DNA from: Torpedo marmorata
Taxonomy: Eukaryota
NCBI GenBank assembly: GCA_977017645.1
Contig: OZ360221.1
Location: 97,588,001-97,652,000 of the forward strand
Direction: 5' to 3'
Length of the DNA: 64,000 nucleotides
Shown here: piece by piece, positions 1 to 12,793 of the stretch
Layout: every line of letters starts with the position of its first letter
How positions within the stretch are numbered: the stretch's first letter is position 1
Notes under the pieces: model-generated
The model's database searches: none
The model's input: only the letters and a program-made list of their open reading frames with translations
What the model was told of the DNA's origin: nothing
Program-made: the position numbers and the translations under genes

Positions 1-869
1 GTCCAGATACTGTGGCTACAGCTATGCCTTTGTTTTCACTGGCTTTTGCACTCTCACCAATCTTTTTCGCGTGCTGCAGAGCTAATTCACTGGCGTGGCA
101 TGTCTTCACAGCTCCAGCTCAGGTAAGCCCTGTCTCTCGCAGCAACCTCTCTCTCACTTTCTTATCTTTAATTCCGAACACAATTTGATCACGGATCATT
201 GAATCTTGCAGCGGTCTGAAATTGCACGTTCTTGCTTTTAATTTTAAGTCTGTTAAAAAAGTATCAAAGCTCTCTCCCTGCAGCTGCGTGCGCGAGCGAA
301 ACACGTACCTCTCGAAGTTTTATTTTTCTTTGGTGAACAGTGTTCATCAAACATCTCGATAACCTTGTCGAATTTGCCCTGGTCTTCTGCCTCGGCAAAA
401 ACAAATGTATTGAAAACCTCTAGAGCTTTAGGTCCCGCCGTGGTAAGTAGCATTGCAATCTTCCTTGTTTCCGATTCGCTATTGATTCCAATGGCTTGCA
501 GGTACAGCATAAATCTTTGTTTAAACAGTCTCCACTCGTGGTCGACATTTCCAGTCCATTTTACAACGTCAGGAGCTTTGAAATTCTCCATATTTTCTCT
601 GCTGATATCGACTGTTACTCACTATGCACACTCCTGGTGTTTCTTCCACTCCTGTGCACACTACTGGTGTTTCCTCCACTCCTGGCTGTTTCTTCCACTC
701 CTGGTACCATGTGATGTTTCTTCTATTACAATAAAGAAACTTGGGTTCTTTTTAAACAACTACATTTATTAACTAAAGCAAACAGCACTAAGAACAGAAC
801 ACACACAGAAAAGACCTCATGTGGAGGCATCCATCTTGATTCTACCCAAGATGCAACAGCTGCTACACA
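1..869 (-). mobile_element. Gypsy-type LTR retrotransposon 5' end: short LTR (~710-869), PBS, frameshifted gag (591->1); continues beyond the window
   Basis: Gag-like MENFKAPDVVKWTGNVDHEWRLFKQRF...QLQGESFDTFLTDLKLKARTCNF...IRDQIVFGI. LTR ends ...CATCACA followed directly by TGGTACCAGGAGTGG. The outer LTR boundary is uncertain. Confidence 0.85.
695..709 (-). promoter_or_regulatory. Primer-binding site complementary to the 3' end of tRNA-Leu(TAA)
   Basis: Plus strand CCACTCCTGGTACCA equals the 3' end (with CCA) of vertebrate tRNA-Leu(TAA) as recalled, and abuts the LTR TG at 710. Confidence 0.8.
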
Positions 870-913
870 ACTCATCTCCTACTCCTCCTAGTGGTAGCAT
901 TCAGTTTTATGTG

Positions 914-1151
914 AAACACGATAAGCTGCAGACGCTGTGATTGTAGTAAACACACCAAAATGCTGGAGGAACTCAGCTGGTCTTTTCAGCATCTATAGGA
1001 GACAAAGATATATTGCTGATGTTTTGGGCCTGACCCCTTCTTCAAGGAAAAATCAGAAAAGGCAGAAGCAGGATATATCAGAAAGTCTCAGAATTCAAAC
1101 AATGGGGGAGGAATCCAGACCAACAAAAGGTGATAATTGGATGTGATAAGG
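914..1151 (-). mobile_element. Penelope-like terminal-repeat fragment with degenerate minimal hammerhead motif (resumes after 2679)
   Basis: Shares aaacacg..ctgcagacgctg..aatgctggaggaactcagc with the copies at 40.3, 47.1 and 56.5 kb. Minus strand CTTGAAGAAGGGGTCAGGCCCAAAACATC at ~1018-1046. Confidence 0.65.
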
Positions 1152-1167
1152 GACTAGGTAGAATTTA

Positions 1168-2663
1168 TTTTTGGAGTTTTTTTTATTTTTCAATATTTTT
1201 ATTGGTTTCATCAAGTAATGTTACATGGGTACATAATAATAAAATAAAGTATTAACAAATCACATATAATAATAAAAAGAAGTAAAGAAAAAAAAACCTA
1301 AAAAAAACCACTACTGTATACTAATTATCAACCCCCTCCCTACTGGCTAAACATAAACAGTCCACGACCTGATAATAAAAAGGAAGGTAATCAATGGGGT
1401 CAAAAACCAAAAGTTAATTAATCTTACAAATTTTTCAAGATTCCATTTATTATCATAGTAATAAGACAGTGTCATATTCCATGAAATTTCTTTTTCCCTG
1501 CTGCAAGGCAGACAGATTCGCCACCGGCAGAAATTGCCTAAGCGCCTCTAACATTCCTTACAGTCAGAGAAAGAGAAGCAAAAGAGAGTCCCCCCAGAGT
1601 CACCGAATGTCCGTAGATTCGCCTCCAGCGCTTCTGCAGCCTCCGCAGCCACACAGAGACCAGTCTAAACCATGGCAACCCGAGCTCCAGATCCGAACCT
1701 CCGACATGGTCAGGGCGCCCTCAGCATCTCCTCGCATCCCGGTTCCGATACCCAGTACTCCTCCAGCCAGTTTGAACCAGCCTCCAGCAGTCTGCAACCC
1801 GGCGTGAGTTCCCCGACAGCAGTCTCCAGCAGCCCACAGCCTCCGCGGGTTCCTTGCCTCGAGTCGCCAGCAGCCCGCCGCATGCACTGGTCCTTCAGCC
1901 TCAGAGCCCCTCACTGGTCCGCCGCTGTGGTCACCGTCCCGTGGGTCGTCTCCTCCGCTTCTCCTTCTCAGATGGGGGTGATCTTCCCGCCCTCTGGTGC
2001 CCTGCTCCAGTCCTCTGCTTCCCTGGAATCTGCAGCCCCTCGTGGCTGCTGCCGATTATTAGGTGCTACCATCTTGGGCGCAGACCCCGTGGTCATGGGA
2101 TCGTAAATAAAACCACTGACGGCTCCTTTAACTGGCCGTTCAAAGCCCGTGCGGAACCGACGACAGTCGACTAGGTGGCTGGACCCCGCGGGAGCGCTGT
2201 ATCTCCGCTCCCACGCTCCCCGCGGGTCTACAGCGGTAGCGCTGCCGTTACAGCGGCTCCGGCAGCGCCGCCATCTAAAGTTACTCAGCTCAAATTTTGA
2301 AAATAATTAAGAGAAGAACCCCAAAAAGAAACAAAGTTAAGATTCATTTCAGTAGTGATAAATCTAATTTTTTCCAAAGTCAAACATGCCATCATGTCAG
2401 ACAACCATTGAGTATGGGTGGGAGGGTCAGCATCTTTCCATCTCATTAATATGGCCCTTCTAGCGATAAGGGAAGCGAGGGCAACTACATGGGATTGTGA
2501 AGCAGTCAATATTAGACCCATTGGCCCACTTATTCCAAAAAGAGCAAGGAAAGGATTTGGAGTCAATGTAATGTTAAGAACTAAAGGCAAGGTACGAAAT
2601 ACACCATCCCAAAAGTTGGAAAGAGAAGGACATAACCAGAACATATGATACAGTGTACCTTCT
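1168..2663 (-). mobile_element. 5'-truncated L1-clade LINE 3' end, interrupted by the structured element at 1434-2276
   Basis: 16-bp TSD GACTAGGTAGAATTTA (1152-1167 / 2664-2679), T-rich tail, ORF2 C-terminal HMFWLCP...RRAILMRWK...LEKI. Confidence 0.85.
1434..2276 (-). mobile_element. Non-coding GC-rich structured retroelement with Rex/Babar-type 3' tail, copy 1
   Basis: Colinear and highly similar to 29126-29985. Begins AGATGGCGGCGCTGCC and ends ...TGATAATAAATGGAATCTTGAA. Confidence 0.85.
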
Positions 2664-2815
2664 GACTAGGTAGAATTTAAAGACACATGGCTGGGTGAGA
2701 ACATAGTCATAGAGCTTGAGAGCAGCAGGCAGTGCAGATGGGGAGCAGTGAGAGAGACTCTCACAGAACTCCCTTCGAAGAGAGGAGGAGAACTTCTTCA
2801 GGGCAGGCATCCCTT

Positions 2816-3707
2816 TTTTTTGGAATATTTTATTTGTATTTTTTAAAGCCAAACATATTATCAATAACAAAAATAATACATCATTAAATATAATATTCGC
2901 CTGTTGACTATTATATTGAAACACAACAACAAAATTATAAACAAAGAAAAACCCACCCACCCAATTCCCCCTAAAAGGAAAAAAAGAGAGGGATAGAATA
3001 AGAAAAGGTTGAAATAGAAAAGGAAAGAAGACGTTGGAGGTTCGTCGTCCACCCCGCAGGCTTAAATTACTTGGCATACTCGGATTCTTGAAGAGGAAAT
3101 GGACGTAGGTCCTGGAGGCGAGGGGGGGGGGGCCCTGGTTATAGATTTACAGCCATGTGTCGTAAATATGGAGTCCAAATCTTTAAAAATATATCATATC
3201 TATTTCTAAGATTATAGGTAATCTTCTCAAGGGGAACACAGTTGTACATTTCCTCATTCTATCTTGTCATACCTAGATGGGAATCAGACATCCATGTGAC
3301 CGCTATACATTTCCTGGCCACCGCCAATGCGATCTCCACAAATTTTATTTGAAATTTTGACAGCCTCATCTTAGGTCTTACGCCGGAGATATTGCCCAAT
3401 AGAAATAATTCTGGGCGTTGTGGGAACTGAATTTCTTTAATTTGTTCTAAGAGTTTCCCTAAGACCGTCCAGAAGGGTTTTACTTTGGGGCATGACCAGG
3501 TTAAATGTAAAAACGCTCCTAGTTCTTTGCCGCATCTAAAACATTTATCTGATATTTCTGATTTAAATTTATTCAATTTTTGCGGTGTGAGATACAACTG
3601 GTGCAAAAAAATTATATTGTACCAGTCTGTATCTCACATTTATTGTGTTTTTCATACTGTCCCGACATAAGTCGGACCAGTTTTGTTCATTAATTATTAT
3701 ATCCAAG
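2816..3707 (-). mobile_element. 5'-truncated L1-clade LINE
   Basis: 16-bp TSD AGGGCAGGCATCCCTT (2800-2815 / 3708-3723), poly-T, ORF2 C-terminal CFRC...HLTWSCP...ARKCIAVTW. Confidence 0.9.
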
Positions 3708-4009
3708 AGGGCAGGCATCCCTTGAAGAGATTTCGTTTCAGCCTCAATCTGATTGAAATCATGCACTGAAGTCTTTCCAAAATACTTTGACGGTTGAGTC
3801 GTTGCCAGATTTAAACTAAAAATCAATCATGATCCAGGTGAACGTAGGGACAGATTCGAGCACTGAATAGTCTGTTCCGGAGACAATGTCTCATTGTCCT
3901 AAATTTTATTCAGAAAATTGGACCTTATTCCATGTTTAAAGTTTAACCAACAAACATCAGTTGTGGGGAATAAACAACAGACCTGTTGATATATTGAAAG
4001 CAGATGCAG

Positions 4010-4260
4010 TTCAAGTCAAGTTTATTGTCATCTGATTGCACAAGTACAACCCGACGAAACAGTGTTTTCGGGTCCTTGGTGCAAAACACGCAGACACACA
4101 ACCAGACATAACACACATGCAGACAAACAATACGTATGCAGGACAAGTATTCATATATACAAATAAACAAATATTGTTTCATGAATATGAGAATCTAGGA
4201 TGGTTAGTGTGAGCAGTTCCTTTGGTCGTTCAGCATTCTCACTGCCCATGGGAAGAAGTT
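4010..4260 (-). mobile_element. Rex1/Babar LINE 3' fragment
   Basis: Minus-strand GATGACAATAAACTTGACTTGAAC tail and 3' ORF-end-like sequence. Confidence 0.55.
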
Positions 4261-4844
4261 CATGTTTAAGTCGCATGTAACAATCTCTTTCAGGAGACTA
4301 CTATCTGGAAGTTCAAAGACATTACAAAATCCAGCTCCCTTATGTTAGTTGCAAACACAAATAACGAAGGGTGGTGCAAGTGGAAACGTACACCCACACC
4401 CTCAATTCTTTAATGCACGTTGATGATGTGTGTATTGACGGGTATGTTCATTGAGACAAAAAATGTTAAACATATTGGTGCAATTGCTCCAAAGACTCTG
4501 TTGGGAAGGGCCACAGATTAAGGCCTAACCATCATTCCACACTAAGGGAATGGAAACTGTATAATAATCCTATGGTCTATATATATGCTAGAGGAGCATG
4601 TGTAAAGGGAAAATCATGTCTCTGTAAACGTACTGTAAAATGAAATGATATAGCATCTGCTTAAAGCATCTACATGAATATTCTGTGTTATATGCATTTG
4701 CATTTTTATCACTAATATATATTTATAGAAAATAAACCTGCACACTCCAGCTTTTAGCTGTAATTACCATTTACTATTTCCATTTATCATTAGCACAGAC
4801 AAATGCTGTCATCTATAATGAAAGATGGAACAGCAGAGCTCATA

Positions 4845-5170
4845 AAATCATAAGGAGATACAGCATGGAAACGTCCTTCTGCTCAGCGAGTTCGTATCAA
4901 CCATCAACCATATGAATTGCATTTTTATTCATATATTAATTCCCTCCAGATTGTACATCTCATCTATATACTAGGGACCATTCACAGAGGCCTGTCAATC
5001 TATCAACCAGCATGCCTTTAGAACGTGGGAGGGAACCAGAGCACCTGGAAGAATCCAGCACAATAATGGGAAAATCATGGAAATTCCATGGAGACAGCAC
5101 CCAAGGTCAGGAATGAACCTGGGTCTCTGGTGCTGTGAGGCAAGAGCTCTACTCGCTGCACCATTGTGAT
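4845..5170 (-). mobile_element. V-SINE/HE1-like SINE (degenerate)
   Basis: tRNA-like head plus V-domain-like core on the minus strand; similar to 15285-15645. Confidence 0.6.
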
Positions 5171-5756
5171 GTCTACCTGGAGTCTGTGTTTGATTTTGGT
5201 CTCTTTCCCTAAGAAAACATGTAACACCATTGAGGGACTTCAGCAAATCTTCACTGGATTGCTTCCTGGGATGACAGGTTTACCATAAGAAGGGAGATGA
5301 ATTCTCCAGCATTTGAGAACATTTCATCAAAACTTACAAAATTATTTAATGGCTTGACAAGCTGGATGCAGGGAGAGTGTTTTGGCTGAGGAGTTCAGAA
5401 CCAGGGGCACAATTTGAGAATGGGGGTGGGCAATTTAAGTTTGAGATGATGTTTACTCATTGAGTGCTGAAGCTTTGCAATTCTTTACCCCTGTGGAGGT
5501 TCAGTACTTGTTACATTCAAAATAGAAAATAATGCATTTCTGGACATTGAGAAACCAGGGATATGGGCACAGAGCTAGAAAATGTCACTGAAGTAGATCA
5601 GCCATGATCTTAATGAAGGGTCCTTTTTCTTAGATTCATATGATAGGCAAGTATGCAAGTTAATGGCCAATACATTTGTTTCTGAGGCTCTGAGACTGCA
5701 ATCCTGCAGCCCTAGGAGGAGTAGAGCATCTCCAACAGCAACACTGCCATTACCAA

Positions 5757-7350
5757 TTCAGATTTCAAATTTATTGTCAGAGTACATACATGACATCACA
5801 TACAATCCTGAGATTCTTTTTCCTGCGGGCCAGGCAGAATGATCACTTATTGGTAGTGCAAAAAAAACTGCACACAATGTACACATGGAAACAAATAAAC
5901 AAATGTAAAACTGACTGTGCAATACAGAGGAAAAAACAAACAAACAATAAAGTGCAAAAGTAAGAGTCCTTAAATGAGTCCCTGATTGAGTTTGTTGTTG
6001 AGGAGCCTGATGGTGGAGGGTTAGCAGCTATTCCTGAACCTGGTGATGCGAGTCTTGCGGCACCTATACCTCTTTCCTGATGGTAGCAGTGAGAACAGAG
6101 TGTGTGCTGGGTGGTGTGGATCCTTGATGATTGCTGCTGCTCCCCATAGATGTTCTCGATGGTGGGAAGGGGTTTGCCTGTGATGTCCTGGGCTGTGTCC
6201 ACTATCTTTTGCAGAGCTTTACGTTCGGAGGTATTGGTGTCCCCATACCAGACCGTGATGCAGCTGATTAGCACACTTTCCACCACACATCTGTAGAAAT
6301 TTGCCAAGGTTTCCGATGTCATACCAAACCTCTGCAAACTCCTGAGGAAGTAGAGGCACTGACGTGCTTTCTTCACGATGCCATTAATGTGTTGGCTCCA
6401 GGATAGATCCTCCGAGATAGTGACTCCCAAGAACTTAAATTTTCTCACCCTCTCCACCTCTGATCCCACAATGATCACTTGATTGTACACATCTAATTTC
6501 CTTCCTGAAGTCAACAATCAGCTCCTTGGTTTTGGTGACATTGAGTGCGAGGTTATTGTTGGTGCACCATTCAGCCAAGTTTTCAATCTCCCTCCTGTAT
6601 GCTGACTCATCGCCTCTTTTTATACAACCCACTACTGTGGTATCGTCGGCAAACTTGTAGATGGTGTTGTTGTCATACCGAGCCACACGGTTGTAGGTGT
6701 AAAGCAGTGGTTTTCAAACTGCCCCACTAAACTCACATTCCCTATGCCATAAGTGCTCTGTGATTGGTAAGGGATTGCTTAAGGTGGTATGTGAGTGGGA
6801 AGGGAAGTTTGAGAACCACTGCTCTAGACCCAATTGTTACTGAAATATTTTGCTTGAGAAATATTGTCATTGGCCCATTTCCTTTGGAGTTATGAAACCG
6901 TGCACATAACGAGTCAATTAGGTACGATTAAAAGTGGTTTTCAAACCTTTTTCTTTCCACTCACATACCACCTTAAGCAGTCCCTTACTAATCACAGAGC
7001 ACTTATGGCATAGGGATTGCTTAAGGTGGAATGTGAGTTTAGGGGGGCAGTTTGAAAACCACTGGTGTAAAGCAAGTAGAGAGGGGGCTGTGGTGCTCCG
7101 GTACTGATGGAGATTGAGGAGATGTTCTTACCAATCCTCACTGATTGTGAGGAAATCCATGATCCAATTACACAGTGGGGTGTTGAGTCCCAGGTCTTGG
7201 AGTTTGCTGATCAGTTTTGAGGGGATGATGGTGTTAAATGTCGAACTGTAGATAAAGAGCATCGTGATGAATGCATCTTTGCTGTTCAGGTGTTCCAGGG
7301 CTTTGTGCAGAGCCAGTGAGATGGCATCCACTGTAGATCTGTTGCTACAA
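5757..7350 (-). mobile_element. Rex1/Babar LINE fragment (RT C-terminal half and 3' UTR), interrupted by a hAT MITE
   Basis: [47 protein letters not shown]; tail TGACAATAAATTTGAAATCTGAA. Confidence 0.88.
6705..7064. mobile_element. Composite hAT (Charlie-like) MITE
   Basis: TIRs CAGTGGTTTTCAAACTGCCCC / GGGGCAGTTTGAAAACCACTG; 8-bp TSD GTGTAAAG (6697-6704 / 7065-7072); long inverted arms. Confidence 0.9.
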
Positions 7351-7759
7351 AGGGCTATATTGGGCACATCCCGATATATGCTGTCAAATTTTCTTCAGTG
7401 GCTTCATTGTTATTCTTGTGTGAAACCCTGTGCCTAACATAGAACCAAGTTTAGATATTGGAGAAACAATTTAATTAACAGGGACACAATTAGGCACTCA
7501 TTGATAATGTGATATGGGTCACTATAAATATGAAAAGAATTCCCAGATCAGGTTATAAATGATGAATGAGTTGGGACTGAAAACATAATATAAATCATTG
7601 AGATATGGTTGGAAATCTGTGACCAGTGGTGTTCTGTGCTGCGACCCCTGTTGTTTGTGAAACATATAAACAAATTGGATGATAAAATAGATGGGTGAAT
7701 TAGTATGGAGGTTAAACAATAAGTCTGCAGATGCTGGAGAATACACAAAAGTACTGATT

Positions 7760-8830
7760 CTGCCAACAACTGTGGTGTCATTGGCAAATTTGTAGATGGC
7801 ATTTGAATTGTGCCTAGCCACACAGTAATCGGTGTAGAGCGAATAGAGCAGTGGGCTAAGCACACATCCATCCTTGAGGTGTGCCTGTGTTGATTGTCAG
7901 TGACGTTGTTTCTGATTCATACTGACTGTGGTCTTCCGATGAGGAAGTCAAGGATCCAGTTGTTGAGGGGGATGCAGAGGCCCAGGATTTGAAGCTTGCT
8001 GCCCAGTACTGAAAGGACGATGGTGTTGAAAGCTGAGCTGTAATCAATGAAAAGCAGATATGGGTAAAGAAATGGCAGGGGTGAGGTGTTGCACTGTGTG
8101 GGGGGTCATATGTAAGGGGAAAGTAGATAGTAGCATTGATGTGCAGAGAGGCTGGGGTTGGGAGGGAGGGGGTAGGGGGAATCCAGGACAATAGCTCCGT
8201 GAATGTGGCTATACAAGTAGATAGGTTGATAAAGAAGGTGTATGGCATCCTTGCCTTCATTGTTAGGGGCATTGAGTATAAGAGAAAGGACAACATATGA
8301 CAGATAAATAAAACTTTGATTAGGTTGCATTTGGACTATTACGTTAAATTTTGGTCATCTCATTACAGAAAGGATGTGGAGACTTTGGAAAGGGTACAGA
8401 AGAGATTTACCAGGATGTTGGCTCGATTAGAGGGTGTGAGCTCTGGGGAGAGGTGGACAAACTTGGATCAATTTCTCTGGCACGTTGGAGGCTGAGGAGA
8501 GACCTGAAATAAATTTATAAAATTCTAACAGGCATTGAAAATTCTTTTCCCAATTTAAAAAGTCAAATACTAGAGGACATGCATTTAAGATGATGGGTGG
8601 AGTGTTGAAAGGAGATGTGTGGGGCCATGTTTTTTTAAAGAGTGTAAAAACTCCCAGTAGTAGTGGTGAAAGCAGGCACGAAAGTGGCATTTAAGAGACT
8701 TCTCAATAAACACATGAATATGCAGGGAATGGAGGTATATTGATTGCGTGCAGGCAGAAGAGATTTAATTTAACTTGGCATCATGTTCAGCACAGACAAA
8801 CTGGGCTAAGGGCCTGTTCCTGTGTTGAAC
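7760..8830. mobile_element. Degraded Rex/Babar (minus, ~7760-8060) and CR1 (plus, ~8070-8830) fragments
   Basis: [18 protein letters not shown] on the minus strand; CR1 ORF2 C-terminal-like nucleotides on the plus strand. Boundaries approximate. Confidence 0.65.
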
Positions 8831-11339
8831 TGTTCAATTTTATATACCGGTATATAGATAAATTAGAATTAAGGAAGGCTCTCTCTTTATGGAATTCTCT
8901 CTGGATTAATGTGCCAGCTCCATTCACATTTATTTACTGTATGAAAACCATACATAGTGTATGTATGTATGTAAGTCACAATGTAAGAATGCCAGCTGAC
9001 CAAAATCAGAGCACGAACATGCTTTAAAGCCTTTTTTTCTAATTTCCGACTTGTGAGTTCAATTAAATTCCCATAAAAATGTTCCCCTGCTTATGGCTGA
9101 ATAATTTGTGACTAATGCTCTTAGTGGGATCATGCTGAAAAAATGCAGGGCTTTTTGTAAAGTGAAAACTTGCCAAAATCTTCCAAAGGAGGCTGTATCA
9201 AGGAGTTAGAAAGACAAAAGCTAAGACATTATAATGCAAGAGGCAACTTTTCCAGAGAGGAAGGAGAGTGGGCAGTAATACCACTTTGTATCATACCTAA
9301 AACAGGGTATTAATAAATCAGATAATGGATCATTTACAAAAATCAATAAATTATATTTTGCCAGTTTTTGTGAGCTCCTACCATATCATTGACATAGACA
9401 AAGTAAGAAGTTCCTCTTTACATTATAACATGGACAAAAAAGTCATTCATCTTTTTTCTTTCTGATTAAACCAATACTCCTACATAGGTATATCAGTAAC
9501 TTTGAAATAATGCAAGGATTTTCATCTCTACCTCTCTACATTTCAAGTTTTGCCCACTCTCTGTGAAGAACATTTTCTCAGTTTCAGTACTCAATCAATT
9601 TTTATTTGCTTGATCCATGTTCACTTTTTAATAGCATCCCAGATTAACATCTTCCATAACATTGTTTTTGTTTTATTTGTATTAATAAGATCACTTCTTG
9701 ATCACTTCTTGAAGAGGAGAGAAAAATGGAAATCTTCTTTAGGCCACATAAGATAAAAAGATACTGATAAAGGAAATACTTTTAATAATGATTTTATAGG
9801 GTAAATTAGAATGAAACAAATGAAATAATTATTAAATGAAATAATTATTAACAAAATCAAAAGTCACAGGATGAATCTTTAACTCTGATTGCAGAAAGTT
9901 AACTTCCACTTTTTACAGCATGTATCTCTGGTATAAACATATTTAACATGGCTTCATTTAGCGGTACTTTTGCTTCTGGGTCAGAAATTGTGAGTTCAAA
10001 TACCACTCCAGAGATGTGTGGACAAAATTAAGTGCACACCTGAGGAAACAGCAGAACACCTATCGTGATGCAGCATGTAGCAATACTGCCTCACCTTCTG
10101 ATACTGTCTGTATGGATTCACATGTTCTCCCCATGACCACATGGGTTTCCCTCAAGTGTGTTTGCTTCTATTCACATAACATAGATGTGCTGGTTAGTGG
10201 GTGAACCAGCACTAACCATGTAGGAGGGGCATAGGAGAATGAGGGTGGAGTTGACGGATGCATGAGAGACAGCAGGTCAGGGGGAGATAAACTGGAGTGG
10301 GATTGATGAGATTGCTTTGAGAACTGCCATGGACTTGATGGGCTGAATTACTTCCTTCTACATCAGAAGGAAATATAAAAATATGAAATTATGGAGATGT
10401 TGACCTTTGAGACACTGACCTCTTTCAGCCAACTGATAAAGATCCTGTTCACTATTTTCAAGACAAATGGAACTCTTCCCTATGTCCTCCCCAAAAATCA
10501 CATTATCTGGTTAATCTTGCTGATGTATATAAATTTATTGTGCACTTCATATATTACTACACTAATGGCTGTGAAGTGCTCTAGTTTATCTTGAATTTAT
10601 GAAAGGCACTCCCTTTAATACATTCTTTGTATTAATATTACATGAAGTATTTTGCTTTCAAAATAATACTAAAGTATAGGAGTATAATGGCATGAGAAAT
10701 AGGAGTAATGGAGGGATGGATAGTACAAAAAGATTATCTCCAATAGGCTAAGGCCAGGGTTGCCAATGCGACAAGCTGCTACTGAAATTATTTGGTTGAT
10801 AGATTAATGAGGGTGGTTAGAGGAAAATAAAAACAGAGGAATGTAAAAACTGTGAAATGCAGGTCAGCATTGTGGAAAAATCCCAGCAGATTGGGCAGTA
10901 TCAGTGGAGAGGGAAAAGATGAGCTAATATTTTCGATGGATAACCTATAAAGCATGTATTGTACAAAAGTATAAAACATATACAAAAAAATTAACATATG
11001 CAAACTGATGTCTATTTCACAAGTAAATGCAACTAACAGCAAAATTATCAAATTGTTGTATCAGATAGTGAAACAATGGATGGATTTGGTTGAACTAAAT
11101 GAAATTCCCCACACATTAATAATTTTAAGAAGAGCAGTAAAACAAAGGAAACATTTGAAATATCAATTCCAGAGCCACCCAGTGTCCTGATATATTAGAG
11201 AATAAGTGTAATGACTGAAGTCTTATGTTAACTACCGGTACTTAAGTTTACTTATTCCTTTTGGGAATAAATGAACAATTTCATGATCAAATATAATAAT
11301 TAACACAATGTCAACTTCAATATTGAATAGTTAAAAAGC

Positions 11340-11490
11340 TTTATTTTTATTTTTAAGGTTTCAGTAAGCAGCTTGCATGCTGACTACTACATTTTTTAAA
11401 GAATACTTGGTTACTGGACAAGTTGTATGGAATATGATGTTACTTTGCCTTTGAGGTGATATTTTGTCACAGTATATTAGTATATTTATT
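11340..11490 (-). promoter_or_regulatory. Candidate STEAP1 polyadenylation signals
   Basis: AATAAA on the minus strand at 11485-11490, 11346-11351 and 11340-11345, 180-330 nt past the stop codon. Confidence 0.45.
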
Positions 11491-11668
11491 ATACTAAATA
11501 ATGTATTCGTATACTAGTATATTATTTACATATTTAAACATTTCAACAAGAAAATTTAGTAAAAGGAAAGATATCCAGACTAAAGGATGCAGCAAATGTA
11601 GTTTCCATGTACATGCATCACGATAACTTGTAATCAATTCGCAAGTTCCATTCATTTGCATGATAGGA

Positions 11669-11983
11669 TCATCGTTGATCTCCCACTGCATGCATTGATC
11701 CTTTAACTGTCAGCTCATCTTTCATGGCATCAGCAGTAAGAGAGGGATCCATTTTATATTTTGACTTCCACTCCCATCCTCTTCGAATTCTACCCAATCT
11801 TTTTGCAAGACATGGGAACAGAAATATTGTTCTGCATAGCAAAACTACAACAGGCAAAAAAACTGCAATTATAAACGTTGGCGGTGTATACCAGACGAAG
11901 TACTTGAGCTCCACCCATTTTCTCCAAGCATACACCAGCGCATGAAGGGTACATAGGAATAATGCACAATATCCCATCTTTGA
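11669..11983 (-). CDS. STEAP1: STEAP1 last coding exon (104 aa + stop; second heme-ligand His)
   Basis: gttacag|TCA AAG ATG GGA...; SKMGYCALFLCTLHALVYAW...FVWYTPPTF...IRRGWE matches the STEAP1 C-terminal exon. Confidence 0.96.
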   Translation of the reverse strand, partial: SKMGYCALFLCTLHALVYAWRKWVELKYFVWYTPPTFIIAVFLPVVVLLCRTIFLFPCLAKRLGRIRRGWEWKSKYKMDPSLTADAMKDELTVKGSMHAVGDQR

Positions 11984-12259
11984 CTGTAACACAGACATGG
12001 TTTGAAAATGTTAATGTTTTGCTTAAAAATAACACCAATGCTACAATCAAAAGTGAGTTTTATCCATATTCCACACCAAGGCACAAGTACAAGATTCTAC
12101 AAGGAGAATTATATCAGGAAAAAAATGAGCACCTTCTCCAAATATGGTCTAAATTGCTTTCTATTTATTACATTGATGTGTGTGTGTGTTTATGAAATAA
12201 ATAGAAATCAATATTGACCATATTTGGAGAAGCTTCTCATTTTTTCCTGATATTATTCT

Positions 12260-12603
12260 NNNNNNNNNNNNNNNNNNNNNNNNNNNNNNNNNNNNNNNNN
12301 NNNNNNNNNNNNNNNNNNNNNNNNNNNNNNNNNNNNNNNNNNNNNNNNNNNNNNNNNNNNNNNNNNNNNNNNNNNNNNNNNNNNNNNNNNNNNNNNNNNN
12401 NNNNNNNNNNNNNNNNNNNNNNNNNNNNNNNNNNNNNNNNNNNNNNNNNNNNNNNNNNNNNNNNNNNNNNNNNNNNNNNNNNNNNNNNNNNNNNNNNNNN
12501 NNNNNNNNNNNNNNNNNNNNNNNNNNNNNNNNNNNNNNNNNNNNNNNNNNNNNNNNNNNNNNNNNNNNNNNNNNNNNNNNNNNNNNNNNNNNNNNNNNNN
12601 NNN
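12260..12603. other. Assembly gap (N run) in the last intron of STEAP1
   Basis: Run of n. Confidence 1.
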
Positions 12604-12708
12604 NCACTACTCACATGTGAGTAGTGTGCTTTTCTGTTTACTTATTTATTTAGCTCCACATTACGTGTTGAGCACTATTTTATAGTGAAGATCAACCTTA
12701 CCTAAACT

Positions 12709-12709
12709 C

Positions 12710-12741
<32 letters not shown>

Positions 12742-12793
12742 CACATATATACATATATATATATATTAAAAAAAAATAATATATATATATATA
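12709..12793. repeat. (TA)n/(CA)n microsatellite
   Basis: Seen directly. Confidence 0.9.

Noticed and set aside
1469-2174. 100-140 aa ORFs in the structured element (also 29260-30029)
   Set aside because: Frames are not preserved between the two copies (indels) and no domain is recognisable.
12161-12624. ORFs made of X residues
   Set aside because: Artefacts of the N gap.
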